The position numbers and the translations under genes are program-made. A DNA stretch of 64,000 nt. It comes from Rhodospirillaceae bacterium (GTDB lineage: Bacteria > Pseudomonadota > Alphaproteobacteria > Rhodospirillales > Casp-alpha2). The DNA is taken from contig JAYPEK010000007.1 in assembly GCA_038125725.1 (NCBI GenBank), positions 52,139 through 116,138 on the forward strand. The letters run 5' to 3'. Positions within the stretch are counted from its first letter, which is position 1; each line of letters starts with the position of its first letter. Positions 1-9,351 of the stretch are shown one piece after another. The notes under the pieces are model-generated. The model made no database searches. It saw only the letters and a list, made by a program, of their open reading frames with translations, and was not told the DNA's origin.

Positions 1-835
1 CAAGCAGCCAGCCGTCGGCTTTCATCGTGCCGCCCATGTTCCCGGCCGGATCCAGTATCGGCGAGAGACCCGAGAGCGGATTGCGGTCCGGATCGATGAT
101 GGTCTCCGGCAGGTGCCATTCGATCCGGCCGCGATCCGCCTGTAGGTCGAGATTTCCCTCGATGTGCAATTCGTAGCCGCTGCCGGCCGACAGCCGCGAT
201 TTCATTCGCGCTTTGCCGTCTTTCAAGGTTCCCTCGGCGGCAATTTCCACCGCATCGAACAGCGGCACGTCACGGGTATCGCTCAGACGTGCATTGGAGA
301 GCGAGAATTCGAGGGAATCTCCGGAAACCCTGCTTTTGCCATCGAACCGGAACTCGGGCGCCGCCGGACCCGTTCGGCCATGTACCCGGACATTCGACAG
401 GGCGACCGACGGCAATGGCGGCAAGGCGCCCGGTTTGTCGTCCCTGGAACCGGCCGCGGCCAGCCGGCGCAATTGGCCGAGAGCGCCCGTGTCGGGGGTG
501 GATATGTCGACATCGAGGCCATGAACCCGGACCGATGTGCGTTCGTACCGGGCATGGCGCAAGTCATCCAAATCGAAACGGAAGCTAATCCGTTCCGCCG
601 CAAGGTCACGGCCCAACCGTAGCGGCGCCAGTTCGACATGGTCGAACTGCAGCCGCGCGATACGCACCTGGGCGTCTGGAAACCCCAGTTGCGCCAACTC
701 TCTGTCGAGGACCCACGACGCGGCCGGAATGCGCCAGGCCCAGAGGGCGGCGGCGCCGGCCAAGATGGCCAGCCCGAAGACGGCGGCGATTTTCCAAGCG
801 CTGCGGAACGGAGATGGGCGCGAGGGCTCAAGCAT
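1..835 (-). CDS. Membrane-anchored hypothetical protein, possibly AsmA/YdbH-like. This is the N-terminal part; the 3' end runs off the window.
   Basis: My own translation of the minus strand from the ATG (complement of 833..835) gives MLEPSRPSPFRSAWKIAAVFGLAILAGAAALWAW... It stays open to position 1. It has an N-terminal TM helix followed by a beta-rich repetitive region. It is missing from the ORF track because it leaves the window. Confidence 0.55.
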   Translation of the reverse strand, partial: MLEPSRPSPFRSAWKIAAVFGLAILAGAAALWAWRIPAASWVLDRELAQLGFPDAQVRIARLQFDHVELAPLRLGRDLAAERISFRFDLDDLRHARYERTSVRVHGLDVDISTPDTGALGQLRRLAAAGSRDDKPGALPPLPSVALSNVRVHGRTGPAAPEFRFDGKSRVSGDSLEFSLSNARLSDTRDVPLFDAVEIAAEGTLKDGKARMKSRLSAGSGYELHIEGNLDLQADRGRIEWHLPETIIDPDRNPLSGLSPILDPAGNMGGTMKADGWLL

Positions 836-902
836 GAGCGGGGCTTTATTGTTGGGGTTCGCTTCCACTATAACAGGGCAACGGATTTGCGGGAGGATTT
901 GT

Positions 903-1862
903 ATGACACGCATCGCTATTCTCGACGATTACGCCGCCACTGCTTGGGACGCCGCCGATTGGTCGTCCGTCGCCGGCGCCGAGTACGAGGTCTTTCACGA
1001 GCACCTGGGCCATGACGAGGACGTGGTCGCCGAGGCGCTGAAGCCCTTCGAGGTGCTGGTGGCCATGCGCGAACGGACGCCCTTTCCCGCGACGCTGTTG
1101 GCCAAGTTGCCGAACCTGAAGCTCTTGATCACCACCGGCATGCGCAATGCCGCCATCGATACCGATGCGGCCCGGGCGCAAGGGATCGACGTTTGCGGCA
1201 CCGACATGCTGCCGTACCCCGCCTTCGAGCACGCCTGGGCGCTGATCCTGGCGCTGACCAAACAGATCGCCAAGGAAGACCACGTGATGAAGACCGGCGG
1301 CTGGCAGAAGGGCACCGGTGTCGGGCTCAACGGCAAGACGCTGGGCATCATCGGGCTCGGCAAGCTGGGCGCGCAGGTGGCGCGGGTCGGCAAGGCCTTC
1401 GAGATGGACGTCATCGCCTGGAGCCAGAACCTGACCCAGGAACGCTGCGACGAAGTCGGCGGCGTGACGTTGGTCGAGAAGGACGAACTGTTCAGCCGTT
1501 CCGACGTGATCACCATCCACATGATCCTGGGCGATCGTTCGCGCGGGCTGGTCGGCCAGCACGAACTGGGGCTGATGAAATCGAGCGCCTATTTGATCAA
1601 CACCTCGCGCGGCCCCATCGTCGACGAGGCGGCTCTGATCGCGACGCTGCAGAACGGCAGCATCGCCGGCGCCGGGCTTGATGTCTTCGACGTCGAGCCG
1701 CTGCCGGTCGACCATCCGTTCCGCGCGCTCGAGAATACCGTGCTGACCGGCCATACCGGCTACGTCGTCGCCGAGCTCTACGCCAAGGCTTATGGCCAGG
1801 CGGTCGAGGGCATCAAGGCCTGGCAGGCGGGCTCGCCCGAACGCCTGTTGAACGGGGCCTGA
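903..1862 (+). CDS. D-isomer-specific 2-hydroxyacid dehydrogenase family protein
   Basis: Internal ATG of ORF 537..1862 (MTRIAILDDY...). NAD-binding GIIGLGKLGAQVAR motif and a C-terminal catalytic region typical of the family. About 320 aa. Confidence 0.85.
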   Translation: MTRIAILDDYAATAWDAADWSSVAGAEYEVFHEHLGHDEDVVAEALKPFEVLVAMRERTPFPATLLAKLPNLKLLITTGMRNAAIDTDAARAQGIDVCGTDMLPYPAFEHAWALILALTKQIAKEDHVMKTGGWQKGTGVGLNGKTLGIIGLGKLGAQVARVGKAFEMDVIAWSQNLTQERCDEVGGVTLVEKDELFSRSDVITIHMILGDRSRGLVGQHELGLMKSSAYLINTSRGPIVDEAALIATLQNGSIAGAGLDVFDVEPLPVDHPFRALENTVLTGHTGYVVAELYAKAYGQAVEGIKAWQAGSPERLLNGA

Positions 1863-1870
1863 GGCGCGCC

Positions 1871-2653
1871 ATGTCGGATCTCGTCGTCGTCGGGCGCAAG
1901 GGCGCCATCGCCACCGTCATCCTCAACAACCCCGAGCGCCGCAACGCGCTCAATCGTGGCGCCTGGGCGCAACTGGCCGACGCCATGGAGGCGATCTCGG
2001 CCGATCAAACGCTGCGTTGCGTCGTTATCCGCGGCGCCGGCGACAAGGCTTTCGCCGCCGGTGCCGACATCGCCGAATTCAAGACCGAGCGCTCAAGCGC
2101 CGACCAGGCCGCCGCCTACGGTGCCGACACGGCGCGCGCGCTGGATGCCCTGATCAACTGCCCGCACCCGACCATCGCCATGATCCAAGGGGCCTGCACC
2201 GGCGGCGGGCTGGAAATCGCGTGTTGCTGCGATCTCCGCATCTGCAATGAAAGCGCGCGCTTCGGCGTCCCCATCAACCGCATCGGCCATCCCTTCGCCT
2301 ATCCGGAACTGGCGCCGGTGCTGCAGGTGGCGGGCCGCGCGGCGGTGCTGGAACTGTTGCTGGAAGGGCGCATCGTCGATGCCGAATGGGCCCAGGCGCG
2401 GGGACTGGTGACCCGCGTCGTCGCCGACTATGAAATCGAGGACGATGTCGCCAAGACCGCCGCCCATATCGCCGAGATGGCGCCCTTGTCCATGCGCGGC
2501 ACCAAGAAGTTCGTCAACCGTCTGACGCTGGACGCGCGGCCGCTCACCGACGACGAGATTGCCGAGAGCTATGCGGCCTGCGATTCCGAAGATTACGCCG
2601 AGGGCGTCACCGCCTTCCTGGAAAAGCGCAAGCCGCAGTTCCACGGGCGTTGA
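1871..2653 (+). CDS. Enoyl-CoA hydratase/isomerase (crotonase) family protein
   Basis: 260-aa ORF with a crotonase fold signature (VVIRGAGDKAFAAGADI...GACTGGGLEIACCCDLR). Confidence 0.85.
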   Translation: MSDLVVVGRKGAIATVILNNPERRNALNRGAWAQLADAMEAISADQTLRCVVIRGAGDKAFAAGADIAEFKTERSSADQAAAYGADTARALDALINCPHPTIAMIQGACTGGGLEIACCCDLRICNESARFGVPINRIGHPFAYPELAPVLQVAGRAAVLELLLEGRIVDAEWAQARGLVTRVVADYEIEDDVAKTAAHIAEMAPLSMRGTKKFVNRLTLDARPLTDDEIAESYAACDSEDYAEGVTAFLEKRKPQFHGR

Positions 2654-2676
2654 GACCGAAAAAGGGAGAACTTTAA

Positions 2677-3537
2677 ATGAGCCAAACTGATAACCTGCGC
2701 CGCCTACTGGCCGAGCCCGGGATCATTCCCATGCCCGGCGTGTTCGACGCCATGTCGGCGCGCCTGACCGAGCGGGCCGGCTTCAAGGCCGCCTTCATGT
2801 CGGGATTCATGGTTTCGGCGTCGCGCATCGGCATGCCCGATACGGGGCTGATTTCCTATGCCGAGATGGCCGACCAGGGGCGCAACATCTGCGACGCGGT
2901 CGACATTCCGGTCGTTGGCGACGGCGATACCGGCTTCGGCAACGCCATCAACGTCAAGCGCACCGTCAGTGGCTACGCCGCGGCCGGCTTCGCCTGCGTG
3001 ATGATCGAGGATCAACTGGCGCCGAAGCGCTGCGGCCACACGCAAGGCAAGCAGGTCGTCAGCCGCTCGGAGGCCTGCCAGCGCATCCAGGCGGCGGTGG
3101 ACGCGCGCGAGGAGGGCGCCGACATCCTGATCATGGCGCGCACCGACGCCAACGCCACCGACGGGATCGAGGAAGCCATCGAACGCTGCCGCGAGTTCCG
3201 CCGCATCGGCGTCGATATCACCTTCCTGGAGGCGCCGCGCGATACCGACGAGATGAAGCGCTACTGCGACGAGGTCGACGGGCCGAAGATGGCCAACATG
3301 GTGGAGCAGGGGAAGACGCCGTTCCTCTCGCCCGCTGAGTTGGAAGCGCTCGGCTACAAGATTGCCATTTGGCCGGCCGCGCTAATGCTCGCCGGGATCG
3401 AAGGCATGCGGAAGGAACTGGCCCGGCTTGCGGGCGGCGTCGCCGCCGAAGAGGGCAAGGCGACCTTCCCGGAACTGCAGGACCTGGTCGGCTTTCCGGC
3501 CTACTACGACGCCGAGGCCAAGTACGCGGCGGAGTAA
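2677..3537 (+). CDS. Isocitrate lyase / PEP mutase superfamily enzyme (methylisocitrate lyase, oxaloacetate decarboxylase or carboxyvinyl-carboxyphosphonate phosphorylmutase-like)
   Basis: 286-aa ORF with an AAGGGAG RBS upstream. Contains family motifs (GDGDTGFG, IEDQ..PKRCGH, ARTDA). Confidence 0.8.
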   Translation: MSQTDNLRRLLAEPGIIPMPGVFDAMSARLTERAGFKAAFMSGFMVSASRIGMPDTGLISYAEMADQGRNICDAVDIPVVGDGDTGFGNAINVKRTVSGYAAAGFACVMIEDQLAPKRCGHTQGKQVVSRSEACQRIQAAVDAREEGADILIMARTDANATDGIEEAIERCREFRRIGVDITFLEAPRDTDEMKRYCDEVDGPKMANMVEQGKTPFLSPAELEALGYKIAIWPAALMLAGIEGMRKELARLAGGVAAEEGKATFPELQDLVGFPAYYDAEAKYAAE

Positions 3538-3550
3538 ACGCCGGCGCGCG

Positions 3551-4741
3551 TCAGCCGTTGGAGTTGGACAGCACCTCGACCATGTCGTCCTTGGAGAGCC
3601 GGCCCCGGTATTCACCCTCCGCCGTCACCACCGGTACCGGATAGTCGCATTCCAGGGTCGCCGGCAGGGCGTCCTGCAGGATGGTGTCGGGCTGCAGGCT
3701 GGGGCCTTCGGCGGCGAGATCGGTCAGTTGCGGCCTGTCGCCGCCGGTCTGGCCGCAGGCCTGTTCGATGGCGTCGCGGGTGACGATCCCGTGGTAGCGG
3801 CCGCCCTCGAAGACGTAACCGTAGTCTTCCGTCCAGCCGCGCATCTGGTTCAAGGCCTCGTCGATATTGGCGGTGGTCAGGCGCTGGGCGGCCGGCTTCA
3901 TGACCACGTCGACGGAAAGCACCCGGGCGCGGTTGACGTCGCGCACGAAGGCCTCGACGTAGTCGTCGGCGGGTCGGAGCAGGATTTCCTCCGGCCGGCC
4001 GACCTGCGAGAGCGCCCCGTCCTTGAGGATGGCGATCTTGTCGCCGAGGCGCAGCGCCTCGTCCAGGTCGTGGGTGATGAAGACGATGGTCTTGTGCAGC
4101 TTTGATTGCAGCTCGATCAACTGGTCCTGCATGCCGGACCGGATCAGCGGATCGAGGGCCGAGAAGGCCTCGTCCATGAGCAGGATGTCGGGATTGGTGC
4201 AAAGCGCGCGGGCGAGGCCGACGCGCTGCTGCTGGCCGCCGGAAAGCTGCGCCGGATACTGGTCCTCGTAGCCTTCCAGGCCGACGGTTTTCAGCCATTC
4301 CCTGGCCTTCTCGTCGCGCTCGCCCTTCGGCAGTTTCTGCACCGAGAGCCCGTAGCCGACGTTCTCCAGCACGGTGCGGTGCGGCATCAGCCCGAAGCGC
4401 TGGAACACCATCGACATCTTGTGGCGGCGGAACTGTTCCAGTTCATCCTGCGACATGGACATGACGTCGACACCGTCCACGTGAATGGCGCCTTCGGTCG
4501 GGTCGATGAGCCGGTTGAAGTGCCGGATCAGGGTCGATTTGCCCGACCCCGACAGCCCCATGATGACGAATATCTCGCCGCGCGCGATCTCCAGCGAGAT
4601 ATCGGTGAGGCCCAGCGTGTGGCCGGTCTCGGCCAGGATGTCGTCCTTCGAGCGCCCGGCCCGGACCATCGGCATCACCGATGCCGGGTCCTTGCCGAAG
4701 ACCTTGTAGAGATTTTCGACGCGGATCAGCGTTTCACTCAC
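3551..4741 (-). CDS. proV: Glycine betaine/proline ABC transporter, ATP-binding subunit with C-terminal tandem CBS domains
   Basis: Walker A GLSGSGKST, signature LSGGQQQRV and Walker B ILLMDEAFSALD, plus a CBS-like C-terminus. The likely GTG start at 4741 overlaps the proW stop by 8 nt. The ORF-track start at 4780 is an alternative. Confidence 0.9.
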   Translation of the reverse strand: MSETLIRVENLYKVFGKDPASVMPMVRAGRSKDDILAETGHTLGLTDISLEIARGEIFVIMGLSGSGKSTLIRHFNRLIDPTEGAIHVDGVDVMSMSQDELEQFRRHKMSMVFQRFGLMPHRTVLENVGYGLSVQKLPKGERDEKAREWLKTVGLEGYEDQYPAQLSGGQQQRVGLARALCTNPDILLMDEAFSALDPLIRSGMQDQLIELQSKLHKTIVFITHDLDEALRLGDKIAILKDGALSQVGRPEEILLRPADDYVEAFVRDVNRARVLSVDVVMKPAAQRLTTANIDEALNQMRGWTEDYGYVFEGGRYHGIVTRDAIEQACGQTGGDRPQLTDLAAEGPSLQPDTILQDALPATLECDYPVPVVTAEGEYRGRLSKDDMVEVLSNSNG

Positions 4742-5633
4742 CGTGCATGCCCTCCAGGTGTTTCTGGGAGCGCTTGGCATAGGCCTGCGACACCCGGTCG
4801 AACATGATGGCGATGACCACGATGGCCAAGCCGTTGAACAGGCCCATGGTGAAGTATTGGTTGGTGATGGATTTCAGCACCGGCTGGCCCAGCCCCTTGA
4901 CCCCGATCATCGAGGCGATGACCACCATCGCCAGCGCCATCATGATGGTCTGATTGACGCCGGCCATGATGGTCGGCATGGCCAGCGGCAACTGCACGCC
5001 GAACAGGCGCTGCGACTTGCTGGCGCCGAAGGCGGTGGCAGCCTCCAGGACTTCGCGGTCGACCAAGCGGATGCCGAGGTTGGTCAGGCGAATGACCGGC
5101 GGAATGGCGTAGATGACGACGGCGATGATGCCCGGCACCTTGCCGATCCCGAGCAGCATTACCACCGGGATCAGGTACACGAAGGCCGGCATGGTCTGCA
5201 TGATGTCGAGCAGCGGCGTGACGATGTTCTGCACCCTGTCGGAGCGCGCCATCAAGATGCCTACGGGGATGCCGACGGCGATGGAAAGCAACGTCGCCAC
5301 GGTGATGATCGAGAGCGTCCGCATGGCGTCATCCCACATGCCGAAATAGCCGATCAGCAGGAACGACACGGCGACGCCGAGCGTCAGCTTGATGGAGCGG
5401 CTGGCCGCATAGGTCGCCCCCACCAGAACGCCCAATACGATGAACCAGGGCGTGCCCAGCAGCAGTTTTTCGAACCAGACCAGGAAATACAGCAACGGAT
5501 CGAACAGCGATTCGATGATATCGCCGTAACTGCGCGAAAAATCCCGGTAGGCGCCGTCCAGGGTCTTGCGGATATCGATCAGCGTGGCGCGGTCCATCGC
5601 CGGGAAGTCTTGAATCCAGGATGCGTCAGCCAT
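4734..5633 (-). CDS. proW: Glycine betaine/proline ABC transporter permease
   Basis: 299-aa polytopic membrane ORF of the binding-protein-dependent permease family. It sits between the proX-like and proV-like genes. Confidence 0.88.
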   Translation of the reverse strand: MADASWIQDFPAMDRATLIDIRKTLDGAYRDFSRSYGDIIESLFDPLLYFLVWFEKLLLGTPWFIVLGVLVGATYAASRSIKLTLGVAVSFLLIGYFGMWDDAMRTLSIITVATLLSIAVGIPVGILMARSDRVQNIVTPLLDIMQTMPAFVYLIPVVMLLGIGKVPGIIAVVIYAIPPVIRLTNLGIRLVDREVLEAATAFGASKSQRLFGVQLPLAMPTIMAGVNQTIMMALAMVVIASMIGVKGLGQPVLKSITNQYFTMGLFNGLAIVVIAIMFDRVSQAYAKRSQKHLEGMHGE

Positions 5634-5699
5634 GACGGCCTCACTTACGTCTCGGTCGCGGGAAAAAACGGGGCCCTCAAGCAGAGAGCCCCGTTCGGA

Positions 5700-6698
5700 T
5701 TACATGTCGGCGACGGCCTTCTTGACCTTTGCCGCCACGTCGGCGGGCACCCAGGCGGTCCAGACGGCTTCCTGGCTCTTGAGGAAGTGCGCGGCGGCGA
5801 TCTCGCCGTCCGCCTGGTTTTCCTCGACCCAGGCCAACAGTGCGTTCATCAGCTTGTTCTTGTAGGACCGCTTGGCCAGGTATTGGGCGGCTTCCGGCGC
5901 GCGCTCGACGAAGTCCTGCACCACCAGGGTCTTCACCGGCGACGGCGGATACATGGAGGGATGCGGGTTTTCGCAAACTTCCTGGGTCAGGCAGGTGTCG
6001 AAGTGCTGCTTGTCGGTGCCGCCGGTATCGACCTTGACCATGTTGTACTTGCCGAGCACCGCCGTCGGCGCCCAGTAGTATCCGAACCAGGCCTGGCCGC
6101 GCTCGTAGGCCTTGGCGATGGAACCGGCAAGTGCCGCGCCGGAGCCGGGATCGACCAGTTCGAAGCCGGCGTCCTTGAGCTTCAGGGCGCGGTAGAGATG
6201 GCCGTTGGTGACCTGGCAGCCCCAGCCGGCCGGGCAGCCCATGAAGGCCGATTTGTCCGGGTCTTCCGGGTGCTTGAACAGCTTGGCGTTCTTCATGATG
6301 CCGGCGATGGTGGCCAGCGACGGATCCTTCTTGACCATGTAGTCGGGCACCCAGAAGCCTTCCTCGCCACCGTCGGAGAGCGCGTCGCCGAGCACGTTCA
6401 GGCGCTTCTCGGCAATACCCTTGGCGAGAGCCTCCTTGAAGTTGTTGGTCCAGAATTCGGGCGCGATGTCGGGCTCGCCCTTTTCCACCATCGAGGTGCC
6501 GGTCGGCATGGTGTCGCCAGTGACGATGTTGACGTCGCAGCCGTAGCCGTTCTTCAGGATGAAGCCGTCCACATGGGCGATCAGGGTGGCCGACGCCCAG
6601 TTCATGTCGGCGATGGTGACCTTGCCGCAGGCGGCCTGGGCGGGGTTACTGGCGAGGGCACCGGCAAGCAAAGCGGCGCCGAGAAAAAGGCGTTTCAT
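5700..6698 (-). CDS. proX: Glycine betaine/proline ABC transporter substrate-binding protein
   Basis: Internal ATG (complement of 6696..6698) gives MKRLFLGAALLAGALASNPAQA, a signal peptide, preceded by a GGGAG RBS. The ProX-like Trp-rich mature part contains WASATL, FWVPDY and YYWAP. Confidence 0.85.
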   Translation of the reverse strand: MKRLFLGAALLAGALASNPAQAACGKVTIADMNWASATLIAHVDGFILKNGYGCDVNIVTGDTMPTGTSMVEKGEPDIAPEFWTNNFKEALAKGIAEKRLNVLGDALSDGGEEGFWVPDYMVKKDPSLATIAGIMKNAKLFKHPEDPDKSAFMGCPAGWGCQVTNGHLYRALKLKDAGFELVDPGSGAALAGSIAKAYERGQAWFGYYWAPTAVLGKYNMVKVDTGGTDKQHFDTCLTQEVCENPHPSMYPPSPVKTLVVQDFVERAPEAAQYLAKRSYKNKLMNALLAWVEENQADGEIAAAHFLKSQEAVWTAWVPADVAAKVKKAVADM

Positions 6699-6926
6699 GG
6701 GGAACTCCCTGAGGTATTGCTGTTGATGCCTAGCGTTTTTGCATATCTCATCGGGTATTTCAACGACTCGAAATAAAAAACAAATAAAACAAGTCAAAAA
6801 ATTGAAAAAAATTACTAAAAAACCTTCTATATTATTTTAGATAAATAATTATATACAATTCATATATGGCCGCTTGCGCCGATCTATATTTTCTATTTAT
6901 TTTTTCAATAAAGAGATTTCCGGAAC

Positions 6927-7829
6927 TTATTTTTCGGAAATCGAGAGTGTTTTCGTGGCCAGGTCGATCAGCGCTGCCGCCGCCGGCGACAGGGCGTGGT
7001 CGCGGCGCGTCAGAATACCGATCTGGCGGGTGAAGTCTGGATCGACGATAGGGAGCTGCCGGCACTTGGTGGAGCCTGCTCCCATCAGCGCGACGCTGGG
7101 CAGCACACCGATGCCGACGCCGGCCTCGGCCAGCGCGATCAAGGTCTGGTGGTGCAGCACTTCATAGGTGGGCTCGAGGATCAGACCGCGCCCGGTGAAG
7201 GCGGCGTCCAACTGGCGCCGGGTCTCCGACATGCGCGGCATCAACAACAGGGTCTCTTGCGACAGGCTTTCGAGTTTCACGGTCTTCGCGGACGCCAGCG
7301 GGTGATCCGCCGAAACCAGGGCGACGAAGGAATCGGCCAAGAGCGGACGCACCTCCATGTCCTTGCCGGCGGCGTCTGTGGGGCCGATACCGAAATCGGC
7401 ACGGTCGGCATGCACGGCGTCGAGGATTTCCGGCGCGTAGGCCTCGCGCACCTCCACCACCACGTCCGGATGACGGGCGTGGTAGGCGGCGAGCAATCCG
7501 GGCAGCAGCGAGGCGGCGAAACTCGGCGCCGAGGCGACGGTGACGCGGCCGCGCTCGACGGCGGCTTCGGCCTGGAAGCGCTGCGCGATCTCGTCGATGC
7601 CGGAAAGGGTGCGCGCCGCCTGTGCGAGCAAGTCCTCGCCCGCCGCCGTCAGGCGCACGGAGCGCGTGGTGCGGTGGAACAGCGGCACCCCCAAATGTCC
7701 CTCCAGCGATTTGACGTGCGCGGTCACCGCCGACTGCGACAGGTTGAGCCGGTCGGCGGCGCGGCGAAAACCGCCGCTTTCGGCCACGGCGACGAAGGTT
7801 TCGAGCTGTTTCAGGGTGATGGCGAGCAT
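6927..7829 (-). CDS. LysR-family transcriptional regulator
   Basis: N-terminal HTH (LKQLETFVAVAESGGFRRAADRLNLSQSAVTAHVKSLE) plus a LysR substrate-binding domain. It is divergent from the PrpD-like operon. Confidence 0.9.
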   Translation of the reverse strand: MLAITLKQLETFVAVAESGGFRRAADRLNLSQSAVTAHVKSLEGHLGVPLFHRTTRSVRLTAAGEDLLAQAARTLSGIDEIAQRFQAEAAVERGRVTVASAPSFAASLLPGLLAAYHARHPDVVVEVREAYAPEILDAVHADRADFGIGPTDAAGKDMEVRPLLADSFVALVSADHPLASAKTVKLESLSQETLLLMPRMSETRRQLDAAFTGRGLILEPTYEVLHHQTLIALAEAGVGIGVLPSVALMGAGSTKCRQLPIVDPDFTRQIGILTRRDHALSPAAAALIDLATKTLSISEK

Positions 7830-7831
7830 GG

Positions 7832-7860
7832 ATTATTGATATGATTAATAGATCAATAAT
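7832..7860. promoter_or_regulatory. Candidate LysR box: a perfect 9-bp inverted repeat with an 11-nt spacer
   Basis: ATTATTGAT (7832..7840), an 11-nt spacer, then ATCAATAAT (7852..7860). It starts 3 bp from the LysR start codon, in the divergent intergenic region. It fits the T-N11-A architecture. Confidence 0.65.
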
Positions 7861-7934
7861 GCAAATCTTTCTATTTGTTATATCAAGTGTGCTGTGCTTG
7901 AGTCGTGCCGCTCGATCCGATTGGGAGGACGACC

Positions 7935-9314
7935 ATGACCGACATCACCCGTAAGCTGGCCGAATTCTCGGCCGGGCTGACCTACGATGCGTTGCCCGCC
8001 AACGTGGTGGCGCGCACCAAGCTCTTGATCCTGGATGTCGCCGGCATCATCGTGCGCGCGCGCCACGATGCGGAATCGACGCCGAGCCTGATGGCCGCCG
8101 TCGAGCGACTGGGATTGAAGGGCGGTAAATGCTCGGTCATGGGCGACGGCGATGCCTACGCGCCGACGGCCGCCGCGCTGATAAACGGCACGCTGGCGCA
8201 TTCGCTGGATTTCGACGATACCCACGCGGCCGCCTCGCTGCATTCGTCGGCGCCGATCGTGCCGGCGGCCCTGGCGGCGGCGGAAATGACCGGGGCTTCG
8301 GGAAAGGACGTGATCGCGGCTTGCGTCGCCGGCTATGAGGTGCAGGTGCGCCTTGCCTTGGCGCTGGGGCCGTCCGACCATTACGACCGGGGCTACCACC
8401 CGACCGCCACCTGCGGCGTGTTCGGCGCGGCGGCGGCGGCTGGGAAGCTCTTGGGGATGGATGCCGACGGCATCCAAAGCGCCTTCGGCATCGCGCTTTC
8501 ACAGGCCGCCGGTTCCATGCAGTTCCTGGCCGACGGGTCGTGGACCAAACGCAGCCACGTCGGCCAGGCGGCGCAGAACGGTTTGATCTGCGCGGTGATG
8601 GCCGCCGAGGGCTTCCAGGGCCCGAAGGAAGCCTTCGAGGGCAAGTGGGGTTTCCTGCATGCCTACGCGCCGAACGCCGATGGGGAAAAGGCCGCCGCCG
8701 ATCTCGGCAGCCGCTGGGAGACCCTCAATCTGGCCGTCAAACCCTATCCGTCGTGCCGCTACACGCACGCCTCCATGGACGGGCTGATCCAATTGAAACA
8801 AGAGCACGGCTTCGACGCCGATGACGTGGAGGAGGTCGAGGTCGGTCTGGCCGAGACCGGCTGGAAGATCATCGGCAATCCGGCCGAGAGCAAGCACGAT
8901 CCCAAATCCGTGGTCGATGGCCAGTTCTCCATGCCGTTCTGCGCCGCCGTGGTGCTGCGCGACGGCACCATGAACTGGGATTCCTACGCCCGGCACCTGG
9001 GCGACGACGAAACGCTGAAGCTCTGCAAGAAGGTCAACGTCTCGGTCGACCAGCGCGCCCAGGACCTGTTCCCGGATTTCATGAGCGGCGTCGTCAAGGT
9101 GAAGACCAAGACCGGCGAGTTTGAGACCCTGGTCAAGGTGCCGCTGGGCGAGCCCGAGAACTTCATGAGCGAGGATCAGTTCCGCGGCAAGTTCGACGGC
9201 CTCTGCGAGCCCTATCTGGGGCACGAGCGAAGCGGCAAACTGGCCGATGCGTTGATGCGCCTGGAAGAAGCCAATAGTCTCGGCTCGGTCCTGGCCTTGA
9301 GCCAGCCGGCCTGA
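7935..9314 (+). CDS. MmgE/PrpD family protein (2-methylcitrate dehydratase-like fold; true substrate unknown)
   Basis: ATG at 7935 is preceded by a GGGAGGA RBS (MTDITRKLAEFSAGLTYDALP...). The roughly 460-aa length and sequence are typical of the MmgE/PrpD family. Confidence 0.85.
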   Translation: MTDITRKLAEFSAGLTYDALPANVVARTKLLILDVAGIIVRARHDAESTPSLMAAVERLGLKGGKCSVMGDGDAYAPTAAALINGTLAHSLDFDDTHAAASLHSSAPIVPAALAAAEMTGASGKDVIAACVAGYEVQVRLALALGPSDHYDRGYHPTATCGVFGAAAAAGKLLGMDADGIQSAFGIALSQAAGSMQFLADGSWTKRSHVGQAAQNGLICAVMAAEGFQGPKEAFEGKWGFLHAYAPNADGEKAAADLGSRWETLNLAVKPYPSCRYTHASMDGLIQLKQEHGFDADDVEEVEVGLAETGWKIIGNPAESKHDPKSVVDGQFSMPFCAAVVLRDGTMNWDSYARHLGDDETLKLCKKVNVSVDQRAQDLFPDFMSGVVKVKTKTGEFETLVKVPLGEPENFMSEDQFRGKFDGLCEPYLGHERSGKLADALMRLEEANSLGSVLALSQPA

Positions 9315-9351
9315 CGACAATCAACGAAACATTTTAGAAGAGGGACGAGGC

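Noticed and set aside
537-902. N-terminal extension of the 2-hydroxyacid dehydrogenase ORF, and other + strand ORFs at 164..1015
   Set aside because: This region is occupied by a minus-strand gene that starts at 835 and runs off the window. The dehydrogenase homology begins at the ATG at 903.
4743-6776. 677-aa + strand ORF
   Set aside because: It is entirely antisense to the well-supported proW and proX genes. The translation is a low-complexity mix of H, D, G, R and A with no recognisable domain. This is a typical high-GC antisense open frame.
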